This document shows, piece after piece, positions 41,921 through 56,217 of a stretch of DNA of 64,000 bases (the first letter of the stretch is position 1; each line of letters starts with the position of its first letter). The position numbers and the translations under genes were made by a program. Origin of the DNA: Octopus sinensis (lineage: Eukaryota); NCBI RefSeq assembly GCF_006345805.1, contig NC_043007.1, forward strand, positions 69,130,001 to 69,194,000, read 5' to 3'. The notes beneath the pieces are model-generated. The model saw only the letters and a program-made list of their open reading frames with translations, ran no database searches and was not told the DNA's origin.

Positions 41921-43317
41921 GATCTCGAAATGGTAAAAACAAAGTCGAACTTAGCGCCATTTGAATTAAGAATGAAAAAGCCAACAAAATGATTTGTCCG
42001 ATGTGATAATGATTCTGCCAGCTTTCCACTTCGTAATAATAATACCTTTTGACAGAGGCACAGAGTCAGCAATTTTGAGGAGAAGGGATTAGTTGATCCC
42101 ATCGATCCTAATACTTGACTGGTACTTTAGTATATAAACCATGAAAAGATGAAAGGCGAAGTTGATGTCGGCGGGATTTGAACTCAAGCGAAAATAGCCG
42201 GAGGAAATACATTATAATGGCCTCTGAAATAGGCACAAGGATAAAAGCTTTGACGGGAAATGATTATATAAATACACATGCATAAATGTGTGCATGTGTA
42301 TGTGTGTGTGTGTGTGTGTATGTATGTTTGTGTGTATGTATGTATGTGTGTGTGTGTGTGTACGACGGGCGTCTTTCAGTTTCCATCTACCAAATCCACT
42401 CACAGGGTTTTGGCTGGCCTGTGGCTACAGTAGAAGAAAGTTACCCAAGGTGCTACATAAGAGCTGTAAAACATACAAATAATGTTTCCAGGCTAATCCT
42501 CGCAGAATAAGCCTCTGGTCAAAGACGTTGCAGCAGTGACCATCCTGTCCTTTTCCTGGGTACAGAGCATGAGAAATGCAGGACTCTACATTATCAATTG
42601 TGATTTGTTTTGCTAGAAGATCTTTTGATGAAGATTTGGCTGCTCTTTCTAGCAACTTGAATAGACGTGTTGAAGATACTTTGTTCATTATTCTCTGTTA
42701 CATTTTATTGTGTTTTTATAGCCAATGTACTGTCTTGATTGAGTAAAACTTTGATCGAATACTCTCAACCATAACAATCTGTGTTTTATTACAGTATTCA
42801 ATACCCTTAACTATATCATCCAAAGTAGTTTTCGTTAACAAAGACGATAGCTGTGAGTTGAGGAAAATTTGGCTACTGTCTCTAACATAACGCCTGCTAA
42901 TAGGTTCCTCTCTATGTTTTTTGGATTGTTTCTGTGTTCAGATTTCAAAGCTTAGTCTATTAAATAGCCCCAAGTACTTGAAGGTGCATCATAAGATGCA
43001 AGTAAATTTCTGGAATGGATTTTTCAAGGTAGGGCCTCGCAATATTTTGGTGGGGCGTGGATGACTCAAGAATGAGGTGTAACTAAGTAACAAATGAATA
43101 GTACTTACAGAAAAGCTATATTAAATCTCTGAGCGAGATATAAACAGTATCAGTACGGAATCGTAGCATATAATTACCAACCAAGTGTGGCGTCCTATAG
43201 TGAACAATGCTACTGACGTTTATAGCCCCAAGAAGACATCTCCTTCAGCTGGCTAACGACACACATTCTGTGTCCGATTAGTATATATGCGAGGAGAGGT
43301 CTCTAGCCTTACGTGAT

Positions 43318-43364
43318 ACACACGGACTAGACTTTCTGGGTGGTTATCCGTCCTCAGCGTGTGT
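43318..43364 (-). ncRNA. Type I hammerhead ribozyme motif
   Basis: ACACACG CTGAGGA C GGAT-aacc-ACCC A GAAAG-tcta-GTC CGTGTGT. Perfect 7-bp stem I and GUC site, with single mismatches in stems II and III. Confidence 0.75.
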
Positions 43365-43569
43365 TAATCACATGCTAACTGTCCTGTATAGGACGCCACA
43401 CTTGGTTGGCAATTATATGTTATGATTCCGTACTGCTACTATTTATATCTCGCTCAGAGATTTAACATAGCTTATTCCCCCTTTTTCGAGATCAGCGATA
43501 GTTTGTCGCTGGAAAAAGCATATAGAATTTTGCGAGTGGAATGAGTTTTCATCACTAGCATGGGATTAA

Positions 43570-43612
43570 CACAGACTGAGGACGGGTAAACACCCAGAAA
43601 CTCTAGTCTGTG
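43570..43612 (+). ncRNA. Type I hammerhead ribozyme motif (second copy)
   Basis: CTGAGGA C GGGT-aaac-ACCC A GAAAC-tcta-GTC. Core and stems II and III are intact. Stem I is degraded and disrupted by a SINE insertion. Confidence 0.7.
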
Positions 43613-43613
43613 A

Positions 43614-43845
43614 AAGCGGTGAGCTGGCAGAAACGTTAGCACGCCGGGCGAAATGAGTAGCCGTATTTCGTCTGCCGCTACGTTCTGAGTTTAAATTCCG
43701 CCGAGGTCAACTTTGCCTTTCATCCTTTCGGGGTCGATAAATTAAGTACCAGTTACGCACTGGGGTCGATGTAATCGACTTAATCTGTTTGTCTGTCCTT
43801 GTTTGTTCCCTTTGTGTTTAGCCCCTTGTGGGCAATAAAGAAATA
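43614..43845 (+). mobile_element. Family-A SINE inserted into the hammerhead element
   Basis: 18-bp TSD agaaactctagtc(t/c)gtga at 43596-43613 and 43846-43863. Confidence 0.92.
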
Positions 43846-44978
43846 AGAAACTCTAGTCCGTGAGTATCACGTAAGGCTAAAGATGGGAGCGATGGCCTCC
43901 CCTCGCAAATACTAATTGGACACAGGATGTGTGTCGTTAGCCAGTTGGAGTAGATGCTTCCTGGGGCTATAAACCTCTGTAGCACTGTCCTGTATAGGCC
44001 ACCACACTTGGTTGGCAATTATATGTTACTTACAGAAAAATTTTAAATAAAAATACTTTGAAATATACGGTATATGATATAGTTGATGCAATAAAAGAGT
44101 TTCCTTAGAATCGGTTGTGGTTAAGCGTATGTATGCATTCGGAACATCTTTGCGAGGCTCCAAACAGCCATAATTGCGCGTTGGAAGTTTAATACAAAAC
44201 GTGTTTATCCTCAATTTCGCTACATTTGCTCTGTAGCTTGTAACTGGTAATACTCCTCAGGATAGTAGTTAATTCATAACTATATAGAAACCTGACTGGA
44301 TTATGAAAACCTACGTGAAGCTATAAATATAACAGTAGCAGTCGCACATCTACTCATACATGTAATTCCTGGTACACTCACACACACTCACACAGAGAAA
44401 CACACACACAGAAACACACACACACATATATACATATATACTGCGTTATATATATACTAGACTACCCGTAACCCGTTGGGTCACTGACGGTTCAGTTTAT
44501 ATAACATTGAAGCTGATTTCAACATTGCATTAAAATGATAGTTAATTTTATGATTCAGTTAAACGTTTCAATTCGTTCATGTCATCATAGGTCTGGTTTA
44601 GAAGTTCAGGTTTTAAGATTTTATTAATTAATTACAGCATTTAATAGAAATAGAACTTTCAGGATAAACTTGAACTCCAATAAAAGCATTTATTTATGGC
44701 ATATGTGCACACTTGTGCAAAAATGCAAAAGGAATTGTTATATAACGTAATCATTTAATTAATAGAGACAATTTTCATTTCTGGGTTATGTTACTTTTGG
44801 AGTATTTTCCCATTATGCATCGTTTTGGCTACTTATGAAGGTACCTATAAAAACCACGTATCTCGAGAACATCAATACATTCGAGAATGAATAAGAAACA
44901 TGGAGGGTTGTCTTGGAGTGTGCTAGAAATAACTGCCAAATCTCCATCAAGTCACTTTTTCCTCTGAAAACATTTACA

Positions 44979-45051
<73 letters not shown>

Positions 45052-45599
45052 TTACCTTAAAGACTTCCTCCATGGCTTTAAGCTAATAAAAAAAAATGGC
45101 CAAAATCTGTCCGGAGTTGGATGGTGAGGAATTTCAAAAATTATCGAAACATTTTTTTTTTTTTCATAAAAAGATGCTCACCATCATTTCGAAGAATGTG
45201 GTGAAATAAAAAATGGGAAAAATCCCCGTCAGAATGGAGTAGTTCCAACTTATTTGGTTTTCCTGATCCGAAACTCCGATTTTTTGATACCCCTGTTCCC
45301 ATGCACTCGGATAAAAGATCTTCAGAGAAATATTTTAAGTTAATTCAATGCTGTGTACCAACAAAGTTTTATTGACAATACGAAGACACAAGTAACTTTG
45401 TCTGTTCAATGTGGAGCGCACATTTTTTTTTCTTTTTTTGAGTGGGGAATGCTGGACTAATACCCTTCTCTTGCGATGAAATTAGAAATAATTCCATTCA
45501 AAAGCGGAAAATTGTGTCTACCAGGGTGCACAACGTTAATTTTTTGTGTGCTCAGAGTTCAAATCTAATCTTGGTCAATTTTAACTTTCTTCCCTCTGG

Positions 45600-48260
45600 A
45601 GTCAATAAGTATATTATTAGTCCAGAGCAGTAGACTGGCAGAATCATTAGATTGTCTGGCAAGATGCCTTGCAGTCTAAATTCAAACTCTATTTCCCAAT
45701 ATTGGCTTCCACGTGACGGCGTAGGGACTCAGCCACTAATGTCAGGCGCAGCGATTCGTAGGTAGCAGCAAAAAAGAGTAACACATGAACATGAAACAGA
45801 ATAAACGCTAGAATAGTGTTAAATATAATCAGGCCAGTGGATGCCAGAAGTGATAGAGCATTTGAGAACACTCCTTGTGATGTTCAATTCCATTCACGCT
45901 CTTAGTTCAAATCCAGTCGAGGTCGACTTTACCTTTCATTGTTTTGGGACTGGTTAAAAAATAGAAGTACTTGGGTGATGGGTGGGTATATTCCTTAGTG
46001 TCAGATAGAAAGTCTTGCTGTGGCATATATTACGGCTGTAGGGATTATGGGATCAAATTCTGTCCCTTACCGAAATATATTGACTCTTCTGTGAGGAATG
46101 GTAACCAACAGATAGTAATGAAACAGTCGATTGGGCAACATTCCGTATTGTATTTAGTTAGACTACCAGTTATTACTAGGGTTAATTATTACTAAATCTT
46201 CTCATCAATAGCCCTCATTCTCTCTCCTTATAAAATGTATGACCTTATGTTAAATTATGAATCATTATTATCCTTAGCACTATATTTCAAATTTTGCCGA
46301 CGTCGACTTTACCTTTCGTTCTTTCGGGGTCGATAAAATAAGTACCAGCTGATTACTGAGGTCAATGTAATCGACTTATCCTCTCCCCTGAACTTGTTAG
46401 CCTTGTGCCAAAATTTAAAGCCATTATTGGCTTTATCAAAGGCCTTGAGCTAGCATAATCGTTAACATGCATGTCAAAATACTTAGCGGCATTTCGTAGG
46501 CCTCTACATTCTGAGTTCAAATTCCGCCGAGGTCAACTTTGTCCTTCATACTTTCGGGATCGATAAAATAAGTACTAGTTCAGCACTGGGGTCGACTTAA
46601 CTTACACCCGAAATTACTGATCTTGTGCTAAAATTTGAAAACATTATTACCGTTATCTAAGGTGGAGAACTGGCAGAATCGTTAACACATCGAGCAAAAT
46701 GCTTCGACGCATTTCGTCCGTTTTTACATTCTTGGTTCAAGGTGCCACGCAGTGGGACTGAATCCTATAATACTTACCACACAGCCACTCCTACGCCTAT
46801 AACTCCAGCTAAATATGTTGAGAATCTCTTTCTTTCGTTCATCCACTCACTCGTATATATGTATATTACGACACACACATATAGTTATGTATATATGTGT
46901 ATACACGTGTGATAATGGTTTAGGAAATTCAAGCGAGTACCTCATATATAAATATATACACACGCACATACACATGGTGGAGATCCGTATGTAATTATAT
47001 TCATAAGAACGGCGAGCTGGCAGAAACGTTAGCACTCCGGGCGAAGTGCGTTGCCGTATTTCGTCTGTCGTTACGTTCCAAGTTCAAATTCCGCCGAGGT
47101 TGACTTTGCCTATCATCCTTTCGGGGTCGATAAATTAAGTACCAGTTACGCACTGGGGTCGATGTAATCGACTTATCCCTTTGTCTGTCCTTGTTTGTCC
47201 CCTCTGTGTTTAGCTCTTTGTGGGTAGTAAATAAATATATAGTAGGACACTTGCCCAAAGTGCCACGCAGTGGGACTGAACCCGGAACCATGTGGTTCGT
47301 AAGGAAGCTACTTTCCACACAGCCACCCCGCTATCTAATGCCAAAAGTAGAAAGAAAGAAATATTAGAATTGTCTAAGATGACGAGCTGGCAGAATCGCT
47401 AGAGCATCAGAAAACGCTTTTCACTATTTTCTGTGGGTTTTTACGTTCTGAATTCAAATATTGCTGAAGTCAACTAAGCCCATTTTCCTTCCGGGATCGA
47501 CAGAAAAAAAAGTGCCATTTAAATATTGGGATCGATGCAATCGAATTAACCCATCCCATCAAAATACAGGGTTGACTTAATCGACCAGCCCCCTTCCGCA
47601 AAACATTTCAAGCCTTGTGCCGATAGCAGAAAGCAGAAAAGATTATGAGTAAGAGAACGAAGACAATGAGCTGGAAGAATCGCTAGCGCGTCACGCGAAA
47701 TGCTTAGTCGCATATCTTCCAGTTCTTTTTGTTCTGAGTTCGAATGCCACCAAGTTTGATTTTGCCTTTCATTCTCTCGATGTCGATAAAATAAGTACCA
47801 GTTAAGCACAGGAATCGCATGTAATCGTGTACCCCTCCCTCAAAATTGCAGGCATTGTGTCTCAATTAGAAAAGATTATTAAAGGTGTTGTGCTGGCTGA
47901 ATCGTTAGCACACCAGACAAAATGCACACTGTAATTTATTCTGGCTCTTTACATTCGGAGTTCAGATCCAGCAGAGGTCAACTTTGCCTTTCATCCTTTC
48001 GAGGGCGGTAAAAAAAGCACCAGTCGCGTAATGCAATCAATGTGGCCGAATTCCTCCTTCTCTCAAAATTGCAGATCTTTTGCCAAAATTAAAATGAATT
48101 GATATCAACATGTGTACAAAAGTAGCGAGCTGACTAAACGCTTTCAGGTATTTCTTCCAGCTCTTTACTTTCTGGATTCAAGTCCCACCGAGGTCAGTTT
48201 TGTTTTACGTCTCTCTAGGGTTGATAACATAAAGTACTAGTGAACTTCTGATGGTCGATG
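45600..48260 (+). repeat. Cluster of mostly plus-strand family-A SINE copies of mixed age (young copy about 47028-47235)
   Basis: Repeated gagctggcagaatcgttag / gagttcaaat / tttgcctttcatcctttcggggtcgataaa motifs. Confidence 0.8.
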
Positions 48261-50115
48261 CAATCGACAGATGAAATGCCGCTGATCATTTTGACCGGTG
48301 AGATAATGATACTTCCAACTCGCCGCCCTGCTTGCGCGTGAATATTAGAAAGTATTACTGTTTTGAATTTAACCTATAGAACGAAGATTTTTAAGATTAC
48401 GCTTTGGATTCGTTGTCTTGTTCATTCTAACAAATACACCTACATTGATACTCCCCCGTTGCATTTTTAACCCGCCAGCTGCAATTAGGAGGGGAACATT
48501 GTGCAATAATGGACAACGTTGCAAACAAGCGGTGTCATTCACCTCAACAAAATGATGACAAGCTTGTAAGCCTACATGAATTATTATAGAGAATCTGTTA
48601 TAGTTATTTACATTTTTTTTTGCCGTTTCCTCCCCTTCCATGTGGAATTGGCGTAAAACACAGACAGCCGACACGATATTTTTCTAAATCTCAACTTTAG
48701 AATTTCAGCAGATTTAAATTGTGCTTACATAAAAATGTCAATAAGGTCAAAATGCTATGTAAAAAAAAAACGAAAAAAAGAAAAAAAAACAAAACAAAAA
48801 TACGCTTCTTTTTTTTAATGCTTCTTAGATGATTGTTGACAATAACAACAAGCGTAGGAGGGAAGTAGAGGGGAATAGAAAAATGAGAAGAGGAGGAGGA
48901 GAAGAAAGGGATAAATAAATTCGCAAAATGCAAATTCTTATATCCATTTCCGAAAGAGATACTAAAAGAAGAAAATTGTTACCAATATGAAGACAATGGT
49001 TATAAAAAAAGTTATAAAACAAAACAGAGGCGACAATTTCGTGTTTCGATTCGTTTTGCTTTGTGCTGTTTTCATTATTATTTATTATTATTTATTATTA
49101 TTTATTATTATTACTATTTGTTTTTTTTCTTCTTGAGCAACTGAATACATAATAATTGTTGTTGACTAATACGGGCAGATAACTCACTGCACATATAACT
49201 TCAACATCTGTTGTTACAAGTAAGGCATGTTTTCATTCTGAAGTTCAAAGGGAAGAATGTTTGTGTGTAGAGGGGTGGTTTAGTTCTGTGTTTATAAGGG
49301 GGTAGTGTATGAAAGAAGAAGAAGAAGAAGAAGAAGAAGAAGAAGAAGAGGGATAGAAAGAGAAATAGATATTGATAGAAAGAAAGGTGAATGTTGAAAT
49401 AGAAAGGGCGTACTGGAAGAACGCAAGGGTGGAGAGGGATTGTGGAGGAAATATCTGGGGGTAGGGAGGAAGTATGGTTTAAATGAGTGAGTGAGAGGAA
49501 TAAAGGATGGTTAGAAACAGTGAGCGTACTTCCCTTAGTAAGGGTGCTGGCCTAAAAATAAGTCATTACGTTAGAAATGTTTGTGGTATCCCATAGTTGA
49601 AAAGCCGCAAGTTCGAGTTTCATATCAGATCAACTCATGGCAAACAGCTTTCAGTTGACCAACTTGATGGTAAAGAAGAACTTTTCGCAATTAATTACAC
49701 TTAAGTTGGTCTTTATTATTAATTATCAGCTATTTATGATGACAATCAACGTGGATTTGATTAACAAATTAATGAGACTGTTTGATTTAGGTAAGTACTT
49801 GACTTGTATTTCTCATGTCTTTTCCTTTTTCTTTGATAGTTTTTTTTGTATATATGTATATATATTGTTTATTGTCTTTGTGAAGCAAATCTAAAGGAGA
49901 AAATGCCAATGTACTTGAAAGTTTCTGCGAGTATGTCTTTGTGTGTGTGTGTGTTTGCAGCTATGCCATGCATCTGGAGTTTAAAATTACATATAAAGAC
50001 CGTGAACTTATGAAACAGTGAAATAAGAAACTCTATGTCTGTGTATATGTGTATGTGTGTATGTATGCGTATGCATGTATGTGTATGTGCATATATGTGT
50101 TTATGTATGTATGTG

Positions 50116-50156
<41 letters not shown>

Positions 50157-51304
50157 TATATATATATGTAATGTGGGGGGGGGGATGTGAATGCAATAAA
50201 AGAAGAAAACGAAAAATAAAAAAAAGAAAGGGTTACATAGCGACCAAGCTTTGTGTGAGAATGGGCAAAAGTTTTATAAGGCAAAGAATGAGACATGAAA
50301 AAAGAGAAACAGATATAAAGATGGTGATAAAGGGGGAAATAAATACAAAGAAATTAAAAAATAAAGAAGTAAGTCATACAAAAATTCAAAAAGAGAGATC
50401 GGAAGGAAAAGCAATAATAAGAAAGAGAGGGAGGAGAGAAAGGGGAGAAAGGAGTAAATAAGGATGGGAATATATATATATTTTTTGCTATTATAATCAC
50501 ATTCCCATCGAAGATATTTTATAGGAATATTAAATCTATCCCAATGCTTGGCGAGAATTTTATTTCACTGACCTCGGTTGATATTGGCAGGGTTTGAACA
50601 CAGGAAATAGAATTCCATAATTGAATATCACAAAATATTTTGTCCAGCACTCTTAAAGGATTCTGCCTATCTGATGAAGTTTATCGATGCAAATAATATC
50701 TTGTACATCATTTTTTACAAATCTAAAATGACAATAACGATTGCATAATTCAAAGAAAATGCCATGTTTTTTTTTTCTTTTATTTTAAAAACATTGTTGT
50801 AACTATTCGACTAACAGTACTCTAGTATATCATTGGTTACTTATAGGCAAAATTGGCCAAGAAGAATTTGAAAATACAACAGAAAACTGAAACCTTGTAA
50901 AAGATTTAACTTTTCTATAAGCAAAGGATATTAAGTATAGACAACACTTCACAGCATAACGATTACATTTCATACATAGAAATATATTCACTGTTCCTAT
51001 TCTTTTATTTGTCTACTTGTTTCACTCATTGGACTGTGGTCATACTAGGACAACGCCTTCAAGAGTTTAGTCGAACAAATCATACCACTGATTTCTTTTT
51101 TTGTTTGTTTTTTTTCATTTAGCCTTCTACTTATTCTATCGGTCTTATAGAACGAAGCGCTGAGTTACAGTGGCATGCACAAACCACCGCTGATTGTGAA
51201 GAAAAACATTGAGACTCACACAAATACACGCGTGCATATATATATATATATCTATTTAGCTGTCTGTCTATTTATCTATCAATCAGTCAAAATCTCTCTT
51301 TCTG

Positions 51305-51387
<83 letters not shown>

Positions 51388-52889
51388 CTCTCTCTCTTCT
51401 CACACGCACGCGCGCGCACACAGAAAGGGGTTCCGTACAGTTTTTGTCTATCAAATTCATTCACTAGTCATTGGTCGGCTCGGAGCTATCCTGGGAGACA
51501 CTTGCCAGAGGTACTGCTCTGTGAGATTCAACCTGTGACCACGTAGATGTGCAAAACAAACGTCTTTACATTACAGCCATGCTTGATATTTCAACTTGAT
51601 TGAACGTTACGAAAAATATCAGAAAAAGATTAAATATATTCACCAAGATAGAACAATATATTGTGAAGCACTGGTTTCAAATTTCAGTACAAGGCCAGCA
51701 ATTTCTAGGAGGGGCTTAGTCGATTAAATCGACCCTAGTTCACAACTGGTACTTTTTATCGAACCCGAAGGATAAAAGGCAAAGCTGACCTCGGTGGAAT
51801 TTGAACTCAGTACGGACGAAATACTGCTGAGTATTTTGCCCATCCCTGGAGTGCTAACGGTTCTGCCAGCTCTCCGCCTTTAGATTGGTTTCAAATTTTG
51901 GCACAAGGCCAGCAGTTTGGTGGAATGGTTTTAGTTGATTAAATCGACTTCAGTACTGAACTGGTACTTATTCTATCGACCCCGAAACAGATTGTAGAAT
52001 ATTAATGCTAGGTTAGTTATCAACTTATCTTTTTACTTGTTTCAGTCACTGGATTGTGGCCATGCTAGGGCACATCTTCAAGCTTTTGGGGAAACAAATC
52101 AACCTAATCACTTATATATATTTAGAATATTTTACTTGTTCTGTTGATCTCTTTTACCGAACCGATAAGTTATAGGAACGTAAACCTGCGGCGGAGGTGC
52201 GAGACAAAGGCACACACACACATACATTCATACACACACGCACACAAACACACACACAAACAAACACACATATATATAAAAGATACGAGGAGTTTTCGTC
52301 AGGGTAACTTAAACTAATTGGTATGAATTATGATTGTTCTAATAGATATCCCACTAAAATTCCGGTTTGAATGGCAGATAAAGTTGTGGTTTTGTAACAG
52401 CCTTATACAAAGCAGCTAGAAGTGACTTCTCCTTGAGTCAGTAGGTATAGGTTAAAGTAGAGAGGAAAGGTAAACAATTTGACAAGACTTGAGAAAGATA
52501 TTTAATTTAGCTCTATAATGACTGGTAAAAACTATCTCTACCTTTCATTATATAGCTTATTTAGTTGCCACGCAGTGGGACTGAACCTGAAACCATTTCT
52601 ATAGACTTGTACTGACCAAAACCTTGTAAGTGGATTTGGGAGACGGAAACTAAAAGAAACCTGTCATATATGTGTCTATCTTTGTGTCTTTGTGCTTGTA
52701 CCCCCCACCACCACCACCACCACTGCTTGACCACCAGTGTTGGTGTGTTTACGTCCTTATAACTTAGCGGTTCGGCAAAAGAAATCGATCAGCGTTAAAA
52801 AGGTCCTGGAGTCGATGTGTTCGATTAAAACCCTTCAAGGCGATGTCACAGCATGGTTACAGTCAAATAGCTGAATCAAAAGATTAGAG

Positions 52890-52937
<48 letters not shown>

Positions 52938-53341
52938 AGCAGAGATACCCAGGCTCGCTCGGGATTAAAATAGCATTGTTTTTTTTTATTGTTTTACTTG
53001 TTTCAGTCATGTTACAGCAGCCATGCTGGAGCACCGCTGTTTGTCGAAAAAATTCGACCACATAATCCATTCTTTGTAAGCCTAGTACATATTCTATCAG
53101 TGTCTTTTGCCGAATGGCTAAATTATGGGAACGTAAGCACAGCAACATCGGTTGTGAAGTTACCCTGGGAGTACAAATACACGCGCGCGCGCGCACACAC
53201 ACACACACAAATATATATAATGTATACGACAGTCTTCTTTCAGTTTCCGTGTACGAAACCCACTCACAACGCTTTGGTCGGTTTGAGGGTATAATATATA
53301 TATATATATATATTCACATACACATACAGATATAGATATAT

Positions 53342-53394
<53 letters not shown>

Positions 53395-53504
53395 TTACTC
53401 TTTTACTCTGTTACCTGTTTCAGTCATTTGAGTGTGGCCATGCTGGAGTACCTTTTAGTTGAAGAAATCTACACCTGGACGTATTCGGCCGAAGTTGGCC
53501 CAGG

Positions 53505-53990
53505 TCAACACTTCGGCACCATAGCCCATTCGAGCAGAGAGTTATTGTTTTTAGAGACATATCCGAGTGTGAGTGGTTTGTCTGGTATTTGTAGAAGGTA
53601 ATCATCTAGGGACCGTTTGAATGCCGTTAAGTAACTTTCCTCCTTTATTTGGACTGGCACGATGTTGAAGAGAGCAGGGCTAGGTGAGGTGAAATGGTTC
53701 AGTCTTGGTGTTGTGTTATGACACAAACAAGCTTTCTGTAGTGGACGGATGGCACGGGGGTTAAGCCTCGGATGAATTTTAAAGATGATACCTATATCAT
53801 CTGGGCAATTTTGAAGGAATATTTTCCATACCAAATAGATGTTATAGCGCTCATGGCGGCGTTGGCGGTGGTAAAGCCTCAGCTTTTTGGGTCGATCCCA
53901 ATCGTCAACGCTGGTCATGTCACATATACATTTGCACACATAATGTTTGGCTTCGCATTTTTAGGGCAAATCTTTGAAAAGATTTAATTT
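53505..53990 (-). mobile_element. CR1/L2-group LINE, 3' fragment
   Basis: LRLYHRQRRHERYNIYLVWKI...FTSPSPALFNIVPVQIKEE...FKRSLDDYLLQIPDKP...GY matches the C-terminal pattern of this group. Confidence 0.8.
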
Positions 53991-55172
53991 CAGGTAACTC
54001 CACTGCACAATGACTTCAAATGGTGTATATGTATATATTTTTAGTATGATACACAGATGTTGAGTTTAGTTTAACACTCTTTCATTTGCATACACTGAAT
54101 CTTTCTACATTCCGGCAAGCTTCGCCAATACCCGTGAATGTTTTATTCCTTGTTTCCTATATAGAGAGGCATGAATTTCGTGTAAGTAATGCGTAATTTA
54201 TTCTCACGAGTCACTGCAGCAACGATGTTCGTCTCGATCCGATTTATATTGTGTTTTTGACACAAAAAGTCAAGGAAGAAATTTTATCGCAGTCAATTTC
54301 GCATCATTATACCATCAACAGTGCGTATACCCAGATGGCGATTTTGATTTAATGCAGTTTCAATTTTATACAGTTTTACTTGTATAGAAGTTCGTATAGT
54401 TTGTAGTAGAAGCTGAAACTTCTAAAATCTTTACTCGTGTCACGCTGCCTATTATTTAAACAATCCTAGTAATTAAGCAAATATATTCATAAATAGCCAA
54501 TCTAAGTAAGCAAAAAATATTCGTAAACTATCCAAATTTTGATGGGACATGTTATCAATATAACTATGCTTTAAATTCCAGATATATTTTGATAGCGAGT
54601 TGTTGAGACTTATTTAGTGTTCGAAAGCATACGAGAATAGTTCCTTTAAACATTGTGTTGTTTGCAAAAGGGAGATCTTAGCGAGATACAAAAATTGTTT
54701 TAGAAAGACGCATGCTGTTTGAGAGGATGCATATTAAGAGTATTACAATTACACAGAGAAAAGTGCTTTTCGGGTTTGTAGTTTTCGGTTTATACTGGCT
54801 ATTGAATAAACGTAGATTTTTCGCATCTTTGGAGCTCAACTTACATTTATTTTCGTTTAATATTTTATGTATATATAACACGGCGTAATGCTTCTTTACA
54901 ACGTTTATAAAGATCGAACATTGAAACAGTATGGAGCAGATTTTGTTTAGTATTAGTGGTGTTCAATCTTTGATAGCAGTGTATTTTAATGCATTATTAA
55001 AATAATCAGCAGTGTTGCTAAATGATTCATTAAAGGATAAGCTGGACATGCTCTAATATATATGAATATATATATATGGGGTGTATCGTTTATTTTTTAA
55101 TTTTCAGCCTTTACACTGCGACCATGTTGGGGCACCGTCTTCAAGGAGTTTAGTCAAACGAATCGACCTCAG

Positions 55173-55277
<105 letters not shown>

Positions 55278-55328
55278 CATATATTATATATATTATATAT
55301 ATATATATATTATATATATATATATAGT

Positions 55329-55478
55329 AGGAGCATTCCGTCGGTTGCGACGACAAGGGTCCCAGCTGATACGACCAATGGAACAGCTTGCTCGTAAGAT
55401 TAACGTGCAAGTGACTGAGCACTCCACAACACGTGTATTCTTAATGCAGTTCTCATAGAGATTCAGCGTGACACCACA
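55329..55478 (-). mobile_element. SINE family B, 3' fragment
   Basis: Matches the family-B tail (gggtcccagctgatacg...gattcagcgtgac) and is embedded in (TA)n. Confidence 0.8.
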
Positions 55479-55483
55479 CATAT

Positions 55484-55641
<158 letters not shown>

Positions 55642-56033
55642 TATTGTCAGTCTTAGAATGGATGCAGTGTAGTTCCGAGGTCGAAACGAAAGTTGTGCTA
55701 TATATTAGAAGAAAATAATGTGTACTCATGTCTGTTTAAAGTTTCACAGCGAATGCTTTCTAAACTGTATAGTATCTCCAGTAAATTTATATTAGTTTAC
55801 TAATATACACGCTGTGTTTTAACATACACGCACAAATTCATATATCTGCATATGTATGTATATAGGTAGAAAGATAGACAGGCAGACAGATAGATAAATA
55901 TAGATATATAGATAGATAGACAGATAGATAGATAGATTGACAGAGAGGCTGGTAGGTAGGTAGACAGACAGATAAACATATAGACAGGCAGACAGACAGA
56001 AAGACAGACGAACAGACAGACAGACAGACAGGC

Positions 56034-56109
<76 letters not shown>

Positions 56110-56110
56110 C

Positions 56111-56217
<107 letters not shown>

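Larger units (their letters stand above)
43115..44026. mobile_element. Composite hammerhead-bearing non-autonomous retroelement (inverted plus partial tandem units)
   Basis: 13-bp TSD tacttacagaaaa at 43102-43114 and 44027-44039. Inverted arms 43113-43199 and 43387-43473. Hammerheads at 43318-43364 (minus) and 43570-43612 (plus). Confidence 0.8.
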
